The position numbers were made by a program, and so were the translations under genes. The notes beneath the pieces were generated by a model that ran no database searches, had not been told where the DNA came from, and saw only the letters and a list, made by a program, of their open reading frames with translations. From a virus (taxonomy: Duplodnaviria > Heunggongvirae > Uroviricota > Caudoviricetes), in the IMG/VR virus record IMGVR_UViG_2617271087_000009: a DNA stretch of 18,212 nt; one strand, given 5' to 3'. Shown piece after piece: positions 1-8,197 of the stretch (position 1 is the stretch's first letter; each line of letters starts with the position of its first letter).

Positions 1-1014
1 TTACTCTACTGTGGACACTGTGTGGACACTCTCGGCTTCAGTACCACCTCTTAGCGGATTAAGAGAAATGGCGTCCTGAAGGTACTCTGGCGCAAAATGA
101 GCGTAAACCATAGTTTGCTCAATCCGCGTGTGACCTAGTATCCGTTGTAGCGTGATAATACTTCCTCCATTAATCATGAAATGAGTGGCAAAGCTGTGCC
201 TTAGTGCATGTGTGGCTTGCCCCGTTGGCAAATCCGGTTTTATTGCTTTCATTGTTCGTCTGAAGCGAGGGTAATCAGCATCAGGGAATAAAAAACCTCG
301 TTTGTTATCCGCGATCATTTTGGCAACAGCCTCTGAGATCGGGACGGTGCGTGGTTTGTTTGTTTTCGTTTTAACAAACGTGACGCGGTTATGGATGATA
401 TTTTCTGCTTTCAAACGAGCTGCTTCTCCCCAACGTGCTCCTGTACTCAGGCAAAGAATCGCAATCTTTTTGTTGTCGCCGTCAAGTGCTGCAAGCAGTA
501 AGGCAATTTCTTCCTGTGTGAGATAGCCTGTTTCTGGTTTTTCCTCCTTAAGCCTCTTTGTCCCTCTGATAGGGTGCTCACCAAAGAATAACTCCGCTTC
601 AATCAGGGCTGTAAACATGCCGCTAATACATGTTAAATCACGATTGATACTCGAAGGTTTAATACCCTGACTTCTTCGGGTGGCGCAGTACTGGCTGATA
701 AGGGATTTCGTGATTTGAAATGCGCATGGGTCATTCGTTATTTTTGTGAAGATTTCAATTTTTCCAAGATTAGATTTCCCATGCTCTTCGTGTTTACCCT
801 TTAAATCCCACCAGATCTGTGTCAGTTCCGACAGACGTCGTTTGTCTGTTGGTTTTGATAGCCATTCTTTATTGTGGTGGTTGTACAACGTGTATTTTTC
901 GAAAGCGACAGCTTCGCTTTTCTTATCAAACTTCCTACGGATGCGTTTTCCGTTACGTCCAGTAGGGCGGATGTCCACTTCATATCGACCATCATCGAGT
1001 TTTTTGATTGCCAT
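1..1014 (-). CDS. int: Tyrosine integrase, P2 Int-like (337 aa)
   Basis: Minus-strand ORF 1..1092; internal Met at 1012-1014 gives 337 aa, the P2 Int length, beginning MAIKKLDDGRYEV. C-terminal HxxR...Y recombinase-type residues (ATHALRHSFATH ... MVYAH). Lies next to the divergent repressor/cox pair. Confidence 0.9.
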   Translation of the reverse strand: MAIKKLDDGRYEVDIRPTGRNGKRIRRKFDKKSEAVAFEKYTLYNHHNKEWLSKPTDKRRLSELTQIWWDLKGKHEEHGKSNLGKIEIFTKITNDPCAFQITKSLISQYCATRRSQGIKPSSINRDLTCISGMFTALIEAELFFGEHPIRGTKRLKEEKPETGYLTQEEIALLLAALDGDNKKIAILCLSTGARWGEAARLKAENIIHNRVTFVKTKTNKPRTVPISEAVAKMIADNKRGFLFPDADYPRFRRTMKAIKPDLPTGQATHALRHSFATHFMINGGSIITLQRILGHTRIEQTMVYAHFAPEYLQDAISLNPLRGGTEAESVHTVSTVE

Positions 1015-1069
1015 CAGAAAACCCTCCGAGTGGTACTTTTTTTTTGCTACTACTAATCGCTTTTTTCGT

Positions 1070-1090
1070 GGTGGCTGAAATTTAGCCACC
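1070..1090. other. Perfect 7-bp stem / 7-nt loop hairpin (GGTGGCT-GAAATTT-AGCCACC) in the C-int intergenic region
   Basis: Inverted repeat read directly. No U-tract follows on either strand, so not a canonical intrinsic terminator; possibly a protein-binding or int-regulatory element. Confidence 0.3.
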
Positions 1091-1130
1091 AATAGTAGGC
1101 ACTTGTGATGAATATATTCACGATAAATTG

Positions 1131-1430
1131 TTAACCAGTCTTTTGACCGGAGTGGGGCGACGTTGTTTCGTTTTGCCCAAAGTGTGCGAGAGCGGGCGCA
1201 ATTTGCCCGGCTTCTGGAGCTACCTGATCAGTCATGAACCACAAAGTATATTTAGTAAATCTGGGATGTTGTAAGACCTTCATTATGGCTTCAACTCCAG
1301 CGTTTTTTGACCGGCTCTCATAGCTCGAAAGTGAGCTGTAGGCTACACCAGTTAATTCACTGAATTCTTTACGGTTTAACCTTTCAGATTCACGGATTAG
1401 CTTCAACTTCTCCGAAACGTCTATTGACAT
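1131..1430 (-). CDS. C: Immunity repressor, P2 C-like (99 aa), Xre-type HTH
   Basis: ORF 1131..1502; Met at 1428-1430 gives 99 aa. C-terminal half (FTKYTLWFMTDQVAPEAGQIAPALAHFGQNETTSPHSGQKTG) matches my recollection of P2 C; N-terminal HTH region looks diverged. Position between int and cox on the opposite strand to cox. Confidence 0.85.
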   Translation of the reverse strand: MSIDVSEKLKLIRESERLNRKEFSELTGVAYSSLSSYESRSKNAGVEAIMKVLQHPRFTKYTLWFMTDQVAPEAGQIAPALAHFGQNETTSPHSGQKTG

Positions 1431-1551
1431 AATTACTCCGATTGCGTAATTTCTTGCTGATAGTGTGAAATGTTGTGCTTCTGGAGTTATCCTTTTAGGC
1501 AATAATTAGCCATTAGGAGCCATTAGAAGCACTAAGGGAGAATCGTAGCAG
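1431..1551. promoter_or_regulatory. Lysis/lysogeny switch region (Pe/Pc promoters and operators expected); direct repeats AGCCATTAG at 1508-1516 and 1518-1526
   Basis: Intergenic region between divergent C and cox. In P2/186 the face-to-face promoters and repressor operators lie here. The two 9-bp direct repeats are read directly; I could not place -10/-35 elements confidently. Confidence 0.4.
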
Positions 1552-1827
1552 ATGAATAGACAGCTTGTAAGCGTGACTGATGCCGTGCCTTATCAGGAGT
1601 TTGCAAAACTCATTGGTAAAACTCCAAGAGCTGTAAGGGGCATGATTGAGAAAGGGAAATTACCAGTTATTGAGATTACTGACCCTCAGTCAGTATCGGG
1701 GCGTGCTGGTGAATATTGGGTATACCTTCCGGCATGGAATAACGGACTAAAACTGGCTTATGAAAGCCGTCCTAAAGAGATTCGTGACGGCTGGTTGATG
1801 TGGTTAGGTCTCGGTGAACCACGTTAA
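1552..1827 (+). CDS. cox: Cox (excisionase / early-promoter repressor), 91 aa
   Basis: 91-aa ORF, same length as P2 Cox; sequence AVPYQEFAKLIGK...GRAGEYWVYLPAWNNGLKLAYESRPKEIRDGWLMWLGLGEPR matches P2 Cox from memory. Confidence 0.9.
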   Translation: MNRQLVSVTDAVPYQEFAKLIGKTPRAVRGMIEKGKLPVIEITDPQSVSGRAGEYWVYLPAWNNGLKLAYESRPKEIRDGWLMWLGLGEPR

Positions 1828-1837
1828 GGAGAACCGT

Positions 1838-2008
1838 ATGAATGAGCCTCGTTGTATTGCTCAGTTATTGCGTAACGAAAGCCCCAGGGCGATTGACTTC
1901 ACCATCACCCACGGTAAGGGGCGTAAGGGAATCATTATCCGCACCAAAAAACAGAGTCCGTTAAAAAAGGCTCTGACCTTTCTGAAAAGCCGGAGGGTCT
2001 GGAAATGA
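1838..2008 (+). CDS. Small early hypothetical protein (P2 orf78 position)
   Basis: ATG at 1838 preceded by AAGGAG at 1826-1831; stop overlaps the B start (ATGA at 2005-2008). The ORF track's 1814 start is a GTG with no better RBS. Confidence 0.5.
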   Translation: MNEPRCIAQLLRNESPRAIDFTITHGKGRKGIIIRTKKQSPLKKALTFLKSRRVWK

Positions 2009-2505
2009 CAGTGATGACGCTCAATCTCGTTGAAAAACAGCCAGCAGCTATGCGCCGGATAATTGGTAAGCATCTGGCCGTCCCTCGCTGGCAGGAGACA
2101 TGCGATTATTATAATCAGATGATGGAACGCGAACGGCTAACGGTTTGCTTCCATGCGCAGTTAAAACAGCGTCACGCAACGATGCGTTTTGAAGAAATGA
2201 ACGACGTCGAACGTGAACGGCTGGTTTGTGCAATTGATGAACTGCGTGGGGCATTCTCAAAACGCCGTCAGGTCGGTGCAAGTGAGTATGCATATATTAG
2301 CTTTTTAACTGTCAGTCAGCGCCGTACTTTATTTATGCATGCCGGATTGACTGAAAAAGAATTCAACCAGCCATACTGGCGAATTAATGAAGAATCATGT
2401 TACTGGCGTGATGCCTTATTCCGTGCATTACGTGAATTATTCAGCCTGTTTGAGTATGCACCGACAATTCTGACGTCGGTAAAACCAGAGCAATATCTGC
2501 ATTAA
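2005..2505 (+). CDS. B: Replication protein B (166 aa)
   Basis: 166-aa ORF equal to P2 gpB length, in the conserved position after cox/orf78; start overlaps the upstream stop. Confidence 0.85.
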   Translation: MTVMTLNLVEKQPAAMRRIIGKHLAVPRWQETCDYYNQMMERERLTVCFHAQLKQRHATMRFEEMNDVERERLVCAIDELRGAFSKRRQVGASEYAYISFLTVSQRRTLFMHAGLTEKEFNQPYWRINEESCYWRDALFRALRELFSLFEYAPTILTSVKPEQYLH

Positions 2506-2568
2506 GTAATTAACCAGAGTTTTTAACGCACTTAATTGTGCGGGGCTTCTTTTTGCCTGGAGAAAGTC

Positions 2569-2793
2569 ATGCATACAGTTTCTGAAAATCAGTGCGGTAA
2601 ATACGCATTACTGCTGCAACAGGCCAGAACCGAAGCACAGGCCGACGCAGCGACGCGCTTTTCTTCTCATCTTGACGCCATGATTCGCCACATCACAAAG
2701 GCGGAGTTATCCCGCGTGGAGATAGTCGAGCTGCTCAGTCAGGAGTCGGAAAAATTTCACAATATCGGATTGTCTCGCGGGGAGGTGCTTTGA
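2569..2793 (+). CDS. Small early hypothetical protein (P2 orf80 position)
   Basis: ATG at 2569 with GGAGAAAG RBS at 2559-2566; the track's 2536 start is GTG. Stop overlaps the next start (TGATG at 2791-2795). Confidence 0.6.
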   Translation: MHTVSENQCGKYALLLQQARTEAQADAATRFSSHLDAMIRHITKAELSRVEIVELLSQESEKFHNIGLSRGEVL

Positions 2794-3095
2794 TGTCCTG
2801 TTCTCGTTCAGTTGTATTACTGAATAACGCCTTAAAAATCGCCGTTATGAAAAATGGCGATTTATCTCTTATTCAACTTGGTCTTGATAAAGAAAAACGC
2901 GAAATAACTGAGTCTGTTATCGCGATTTATCAGAACGAATTAAATCTCCTGTCTGATGTGGTCAATTTACTTGTTAAACGCGCTGTATTTCACAAGCAAA
3001 TCTCCTCCGTGGATGAACTGACGAAATTAACGACAGAAATTGCCAGCTATTGCGCTGATGAATTTAAAAAACTTAACGACAAAAGGAGCTGGTAA
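2793..3095 (+). CDS. Small early hypothetical protein (P2 orf81 position)
   Basis: ATG at 2793 with GGGGAGGTG RBS; translationally coupled to both neighbours (TGATG upstream, TAATG downstream). Confidence 0.6.
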   Translation: MSCSRSVVLLNNALKIAVMKNGDLSLIQLGLDKEKREITESVIAIYQNELNLLSDVVNLLVKRAVFHKQISSVDELTKLTTEIASYCADEFKKLNDKRSW

Positions 3096-3319
3096 TGCCG
3101 GACAACGTAGATTTTATTCAGGAACAACAGGCTGAATTACTGGAGCGCCAGATTAACGCGGCAAGGGTAAAGCATTGCGGTGTTTCTGCGCTGGTTTGCG
3201 AAGAGTGTGACGCGCCAATACCTGCTGCCCGTCGTGCGGCTTATCCGTCAGCCACGCGTTGTGTTTCCTGCCAGTCAGTCTTTGAAGCAAAAAACAAACA
3301 TTACCGGAGAACGGCATGA
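3095..3319 (+). CDS. TraR/DksA-type C4 zinc-finger protein (P2 orf82-like)
   Basis: 74 aa with C-x2-C ... C-x2-C (CEEC...CVSC), the four-cysteine arrangement of TraR/DksA-family phage proteins; AAAAGGAG RBS at 3081-3088. Confidence 0.75.
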   Translation: MPDNVDFIQEQQAELLERQINAARVKHCGVSALVCEECDAPIPAARRAAYPSATRCVSCQSVFEAKNKHYRRTA

Positions 3320-3597
3320 GTATTCGTATTGAAATTGGCGAGCGTTATGTCGTCACAAATGACCGTTTTCAGTTCATTTTGCAGGAGAGAAAGACCGCTG
3401 AAACCGGGAAGAATGCCGGTAAAGAGTGGCTGGATGTTGTCGGCTATTACCCCAAATTAAACCAGCTCGTTTCCGGTCTGATCCATCACGATATTTTGAG
3501 CGGTAACGCTGTCTCTTTTGAGGCGCTGAGCTCTCAGGTTGAGCAGCTCGGTCAGCAGTGTCTGACTGCGTTTCTCTGTGCGGGGAAATCTAAATGA
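3316..3597 (+). CDS. Small early hypothetical protein (P2 orf83 position)
   Basis: 93-aa ORF; ATG at 3316 overlaps the upstream stop (ATGA); GGAGA RBS at 3306-3310. Confidence 0.6.
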   Translation: MSIRIEIGERYVVTNDRFQFILQERKTAETGKNAGKEWLDVVGYYPKLNQLVSGLIHHDILSGNAVSFEALSSQVEQLGQQCLTAFLCAGKSK

Positions 3598-4602
3598 TAG
3601 TTGATACCCGCTGCCGAGCTGAAAGCTCTATCAATATTATTTCTGTTTCTGGCGGAAAGGATAGCCTTGCTCAATGGCTTGTTGGTATTGAAAGCGGTGT
3701 GCATTTTTTTGCCGGTTTTTGCAGACACCGGGCATGAGCATCCGCAGACAATGGAGTATCTCGATTATCTGGAGAACCGACTCGGGCCGGTTAAACGGGT
3801 TAAAGCTGACTTCTCCCGACAGATTGAAGGTAAGCGCAAGTTTATTGCTGAGAAATGGCCTGTTTCTCTGGTTGAAGAGTGCGGAATGTCTCCGGGGGAA
3901 GCGGCAGAGCGCATCAATTGTGCGCTGGAAATTCTCAAGCCTACTGGTATCCCATTTCTTGATTTGTGCATGTGGAAAGGGCGATTTCCTTCCACTAAAG
4001 CCAGATTTTGCACTTTTGACCTTAAACATGAGCCAGTACGTACTCAGGTCGTGTTACCTGCGCTTAATGAGTTTGATGAGGTAATTAGCTGGCAGGGGAT
4101 TCGCGCTCAGGAGTCTCCTGCGCGCGCGGGTCTGCCTGCCTGGGAAGAGGATGCGGACAATACGCCCGGGCTCCATGTATACCGTCCTATTCTGAACTGG
4201 ACGCATGAGGAGGTATTTGCATTTGCAAGACGTCATGGAATTAAACCTAATCCGTTATACCAGCAGGGATGCAGTCGTGTCGGTTGTATGCCCTGCATCC
4301 ACGCCAGAAAGTCTGAATTAGCTGAAATTTTTAGTCGCTGGCCGGAAGAGGTTAAGCGTGTTGCGGAATGGGAGCGACTTGTCGCCGCATGCTCCAGACG
4401 CGGAAATTCTACTTTCTTCCCGTCAACTCATGACCCGCGTCGTGCGGAACGCCGCATTGATATTATTACTGTCGATGCTTACGGAATTGAGTCTTATCGT
4501 GACTGGGCGATGACCACGCGTGGCGGGGCACAGTTTGATTTGCTGGCTTCGGTGAATGATAAGTCAGTTTGCAGTAGTGTCTATGCCGGTGTATGTGAAT
4601 GA
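3594..4602 (+). pseudogene. PAPS reductase / DndC-like PP-loop protein with Cys cluster, interrupted by a +1 frameshift in a T7 run (3704-3710); possibly a sequencing error
   Basis: Frame 0 from ATG 3594 (overlapping the orf83 stop) encodes MIVDTRCRAESSINIISVSGGKDSLAQWLVGIESGVHFF and stops at 3735-3737. Frame +1 continues FLPVFADTGHEHPQTMEY... to 4602. SGGKDS followed about 25 residues later by DTG...P.T is the PAPS-reductase family signature, but here it is split across frames. Removing one T from the T7 run restores one ORF of about 335 aa. C-terminal GCSRVGCMPC cysteine cluster. Confidence 0.7.
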
Positions 4603-6884
4603 GTCATTCTTTCCAGGAGCAATACACCTGCGTACCTCCGTCAGCATTTGCTGCAGGCACCGGTAAGGCGTTTACCGGTGCTTATGCATGGAACGCGCCA
4701 CGCGAGGCCGTCGGGCGCGAAAGACCCCTTACACGTGACGAGATGCGTCAGGTGCAAGGTGTTTTATCCACGATTAACCGCCTGCCTTACTTTTTGCGCT
4801 CGCTGTTTACTTCACGCTATGACTACATCCGGCGCAATAAAAGCCCGGTGCACGGGTTTTATTTCCTCACATCTACTTTTCAGCGTCGTTTATGGCCGCG
4901 CATTGAGCGCGTGAATCAGCGCCATGAAATGAACACCGACGCGTCGTTGCTATTTCTGGCAGAGCGTGACCACTATGCGCGCCTGCCTGGAATGAATGAC
5001 AAGGAGCTGAAAAAGTTTGCCGCCCGTATCTCATCGCAGCTTTTCATGATGTATGAGGAACTCTGCGATGCATGGGTTGATGCACATGGCGAAAAAGAAT
5101 CGCTGTTTACGGATGAGGCGCAGACTCACCTGTATGGTCATGTTGCTGGCGCTGCACGTGCTTTCAATATTTCCCCGCTCTACTGGAAAAAATACCGTAA
5201 AGGACAGATAACCACGAGGCAGGCATATTCTGCCATTGCCCGTCTGTTTAACGATGAGTGGTGGACTCATCAGCTTAAAGGCCAGCGTATGCGCTGGCAT
5301 GAGGCGTTACTGATTGCTGTCGGGGAGGTCAATAAAGACCGTTCTCCTTATGCCAGTAAACATGCCATTCGTGATGTGCGTGCGCGCCGCCAGGCAAATC
5401 TGGAGTTTCTTAAATCGTGTGACCTTGAAAACAGGGAAACCGGCGAACGCATCGACCTTATCAGTAAGGTGATGGGCAGTATTTCTAATCCTGAAATTCG
5501 CCGGATGGAGCTGATGAACACCATTGCCGGTATTGAGCGTTACGCCGCCGCAGAGGGTGATGTGGGGATGTTTATCACGCTGACCGCGCCGTCAAAGTAT
5601 CACCCGACACGTCAGGTCGGAAAAGGCGAAAGTAAAACCGTTCAGCTTAATCACGGCTGGAACGATGAGGCATTTAATCCAAAGGATGCGCAGCGTTATC
5701 TCTGCCGTATCTGGAGCCTGATGCGCACGGCATTCAAGGATAATGATTTACAGGTCTACGGTTTGCGAGTCGTCGAGCCACACCACGACGGAACGCCGCA
5801 CTGGCATATGATGCTTTTTTGTAATCCACGCCAGCGTAACCAGATTATTGAAATCATGCGTCGCTACGCGCTCAAAGAGGATGGCGACGAAAGAGGAGCT
5901 GCGCGAAACCGTTTTCAGGCAAAACACCTTAACCGGGGCGGTGCTGCAGGGTATATCGCGAAATACATCTCAAAAAACATCGATGGCTATGCACTGGATG
6001 GTCAGCTCGATAACGATACCGGCAGGCCGCTGAAAGACACTGCCGCGGCTGTTACCGCATGGGCGTCAACGTGGCGCATTCCGCAATTTAAAACGGTTGG
6101 CCTGCCGACAATGGGGGCTTACCGTGAACTACGCAAATTGCCTCGCGGCGTCAGCATTGCTGATGAGTTTGACGAGCGCGTCGAGGCTGCACGCGCCGCT
6201 GCAGACAGTGGTGATTTTGCGTTGTATATCAGCGCGCAGGGCGGGGCAAATGTCCCGCGCGATTGTCAGACTGTCAGGGTCGCCCGTAGCCCGTCGGATG
6301 ACGTTAACGAGTACGAGGAAGAAGTCGAGAGAGTGGTCGGCATTTACGCGCCGCATCTCGGCGCGCGTCATATTCATATCACCAGAACGACGGACTGGCG
6401 CATTGTTCCGAAAGTGCCGGTCGTTGAGCCTTTGACTTTAAAAAGCGGCATCGCCGCGCCTCGGAGTCCTGTCAATAACTGTGGAAAGCTCACCGGTGGT
6501 GATACTTCGTTACCGGCTCCCACACCTTCTGAGCACGCCGCAGCAGTGCTTAATCTGGTAGATGACGGTGTTATCGAATGGAATGACCCGGAGGTCGTGA
6601 GGGCGCTCAGAGGTGCATTAAAACACGGCCTGAGAAGACCAAACCGTCAGCAAAGAAACGGAAGCCCGTTAAAACCGCATGAAATAGCGCCATCGGCCAG
6701 ACTGACCCGGTCTGAACGATTGCAAATCACCCGTATCCGCGTTGACCTTGCTCAGAACGGTATCAGGCCGCAGCGATGGGAGCTTGAGGCGCTGGCGCGT
6801 GGCGCGACCGTAAATTATGACGGGAAAAAATTCACGTATCCGGTCGCTGATGAGTGGTCGGGATTCTGGCATCAATTTGAGTAA
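4599..6884 (+). CDS. A: Replication initiation protein A (rolling-circle HUH endonuclease), 761 aa
   Basis: 761 aa equals P2 gpA length; HUH-like motif (GTPHWHMMLF) and tyrosine-containing active-site region (GYIAKYISKNIDGY); start overlaps the upstream stop (ATGA). Confidence 0.9.
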   Translation: MSHSFQEQYTCVPPSAFAAGTGKAFTGAYAWNAPREAVGRERPLTRDEMRQVQGVLSTINRLPYFLRSLFTSRYDYIRRNKSPVHGFYFLTSTFQRRLWPRIERVNQRHEMNTDASLLFLAERDHYARLPGMNDKELKKFAARISSQLFMMYEELCDAWVDAHGEKESLFTDEAQTHLYGHVAGAARAFNISPLYWKKYRKGQITTRQAYSAIARLFNDEWWTHQLKGQRMRWHEALLIAVGEVNKDRSPYASKHAIRDVRARRQANLEFLKSCDLENRETGERIDLISKVMGSISNPEIRRMELMNTIAGIERYAAAEGDVGMFITLTAPSKYHPTRQVGKGESKTVQLNHGWNDEAFNPKDAQRYLCRIWSLMRTAFKDNDLQVYGLRVVEPHHDGTPHWHMMLFCNPRQRNQIIEIMRRYALKEDGDERGAARNRFQAKHLNRGGAAGYIAKYISKNIDGYALDGQLDNDTGRPLKDTAAAVTAWASTWRIPQFKTVGLPTMGAYRELRKLPRGVSIADEFDERVEAARAAADSGDFALYISAQGGANVPRDCQTVRVARSPSDDVNEYEEEVERVVGIYAPHLGARHIHITRTTDWRIVPKVPVVEPLTLKSGIAAPRSPVNNCGKLTGGDTSLPAPTPSEHAAAVLNLVDDGVIEWNDPEVVRALRGALKHGLRRPNRQQRNGSPLKPHEIAPSARLTRSERLQITRIRVDLAQNGIRPQRWELEALARGATVNYDGKKFTYPVADEWSGFWHQFE
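6456..6475 (+). other. Candidate origin / A-protein nick region inside the A coding sequence
   Basis: GCGCCTCGGAGTCCTGTCAA matches my recollection of the P2 ori sequence, which is known to lie within the 3' part of gene A. Recall-based, not computed. Confidence 0.4.
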
Positions 6885-6973
6885 GGATCTCATCTATACA
6901 GTATAAGTAGTTTTGACTGTAATTGATTGTTTTTTATATGGTTGCATGCATTAAATCTACGTCAATATCATTA

Positions 6974-6982
6974 TGTTATAAT
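6974..6982 (+). promoter_or_regulatory. Extended -10 promoter element (TGtTATAAT) upstream of the cargo operon
   Basis: TG-n-TATAAT read directly at 6974-6982, about 29 nt upstream of the ATG at 7011 with GGAGA RBS at 7001-7005; AT-rich context; no good -35. Confidence 0.45.
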
Positions 6983-7010
6983 GCATTACTTAAAAATGTT
7001 GGAGATAAAA

Positions 7011-7202
7011 ATGTTAAAGCCTGCAGATGTTGTTTGTTTGAAAAGCGGTGGATTTAAAATGACTGTATCTGACTCTACTGAAACTCATGCTAAATGTATT
7101 TGGCATGATAAAGAAGGAGTTTTGCACGAGGAGTCATTCTCCATTGATTTACTGGAAATAGCAGAGAGTAAAAGTGGTATGCTTTGTCGTCCACGTAAGT
7201 GA
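7011..7202 (+). CDS. Small protein (63 aa), YodC/DUF2158-like, first gene of the cargo island
   Basis: ATG at 7011 with GGAGA RBS. The pattern V.LKSGG.KMTV ... C.W.D ... F recalls the DUF2158 (YodC) small-protein family, from memory only. AT-rich codon usage unlike the flanking phage genes. Confidence 0.6.
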   Translation: MLKPADVVCLKSGGFKMTVSDSTETHAKCIWHDKEGVLHEESFSIDLLEIAESKSGMLCRPRK

Positions 7203-7229
7203 ATCATAATAAAATTCACGGGGGAAAGT

Positions 7230-7910
7230 ATGAAACAATACAGCGAATTAGAAAACAATGTTAAGAGATTCATTGTTGAGCATGAAAAAGGGATTTCTAT
7301 TGATGATATTCATCATAAGTTCCGGATGAAGGATGGTCAGAATCGCAAGATGGCAGATTATCTTATTGATAATAAAAAGATAATTTTGGAGATGAAAAGT
7401 CTTTTTTCTGACAGGGTCAAGAATGTCAATGATAAACTGAATGAGTTGGTTAAAACTGATAATTGGCTTGCAAAAAACTGGCATGGTGCTATTCATTTAG
7501 AAGAGTTGATAAAAAGACACCCAGACTCAAAGCGATTTAGAAATGATATAATGAACTTTGCTTATGAAAATATTAAAACAAAGATAGTTAAGGAAGCTAA
7601 TAAGCAAATAAATGCAACAAAGGATGTTTTGGATTTAAATGACTCGATTGGCGGGTTGATTTTGTTAAATGATAATGTCTTTTCACATGAGTCTAATTAT
7701 TTGTCAGATGAAATATTATATTTGCTAGGCACAAAGAGATATTCGAGTGTTGAGTTTGTGGTTTATATTGCAAAATTGATTGATAAACAGGTTGATGTTT
7801 GTGTGCTACTTGACAGTCAATCTAAAAATAAAAATTATATTGAATGGTATATGAATAATGTTTTTTTATTGAACTGGGCGTCTTTTAATAAATATGCAAT
7901 AAAGATGTAG
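7230..7910 (+). CDS. Hypothetical protein (226 aa), cargo gene of unknown function
   Basis: ATG at 7230 with GGGGGAAAG RBS, 27 nt after the upstream stop, so probably co-transcribed. K/N/E-rich, AT-rich; no motif I recognise, no predicted transmembrane segment. Confidence 0.7.
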   Translation: MKQYSELENNVKRFIVEHEKGISIDDIHHKFRMKDGQNRKMADYLIDNKKIILEMKSLFSDRVKNVNDKLNELVKTDNWLAKNWHGAIHLEELIKRHPDSKRFRNDIMNFAYENIKTKIVKEANKQINATKDVLDLNDSIGGLILLNDNVFSHESNYLSDEILYLLGTKRYSSVEFVVYIAKLIDKQVDVCVLLDSQSKNKNYIEWYMNNVFLLNWASFNKYAIKM

Positions 7911-8163
7911 TGGTGTGGATGGATATGAAATGAGTCAACCAAGATGCACCTTGGTCAGTAATCTCATGTGAGATACCACATATAACACCAAAAGTGTCAG
8001 GTTGATGGCCATTGTTCACCGTTTACAGCAGATTATGGTCAACGAAAATCTGACGCCTGACGAGCTGGTCGGGTGTGCCGAAATAGTCTGGGATAATTAC
8101 GGGCGGTTTAACTATATCGGTCAGTCCAGAGTTGCGCCACCACCACGCAGACGATAGAGAACG

Positions 8164-8197
8164 CCGCCAGTCGTGAAACTTGTTTTCAGGCTGGCGG
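8164..8197 (-). terminator. Possible weak intrinsic terminator for the 313-aa cargo gene
   Basis: CCGCCAG ... CTGGCGG 7-bp GC-rich stem with a long structured loop, about 33 nt downstream of the minus-strand stop, followed on the minus strand by CGUUCUCUAUCG (only moderately U-rich). Confidence 0.3.

Noticed and set aside
1070-1090. Hairpin between C and int as an intrinsic terminator
   Set aside because: A perfect stem is present but there is no U-tract after it on either strand, so it is recorded only as a possible regulatory structure.
1015-1092. 26-codon N-terminal extension of int in the ORF track
   Set aside because: The internal Met at 1012-1014 gives exactly 337 aa beginning MAIKKLDDGRYEV with a GGAGG RBS. 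The extension would overlap the C-int intergenic hairpin.
1814-1837. GTG start at 1814 for the orf78-position gene, and GTG start at 2536 for the orf80-position gene
   Set aside because: Downstream ATGs at 1838 and 2569 have clear Shine-Dalgarno sequences at proper spacing; the GTG starts do not.
3601-3703. TTG-initiated N-terminus of the 333-aa track ORF (MIPAAELKALSILFLFLAERIALL...)
   Set aside because: The PP-loop motif SGGKDS and a coupled ATG start at 3594 are in the other frame. This stretch is the out-of-frame read-through upstream of the frameshift, not real coding sequence.
6927-7010. Longer 91-aa version of the small cargo ORF starting at 6927
   Set aside because: It would start inside the AT-rich promoter region with no RBS. 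ATG 7011 has a GGAGA RBS and lies downstream of the extended -10.
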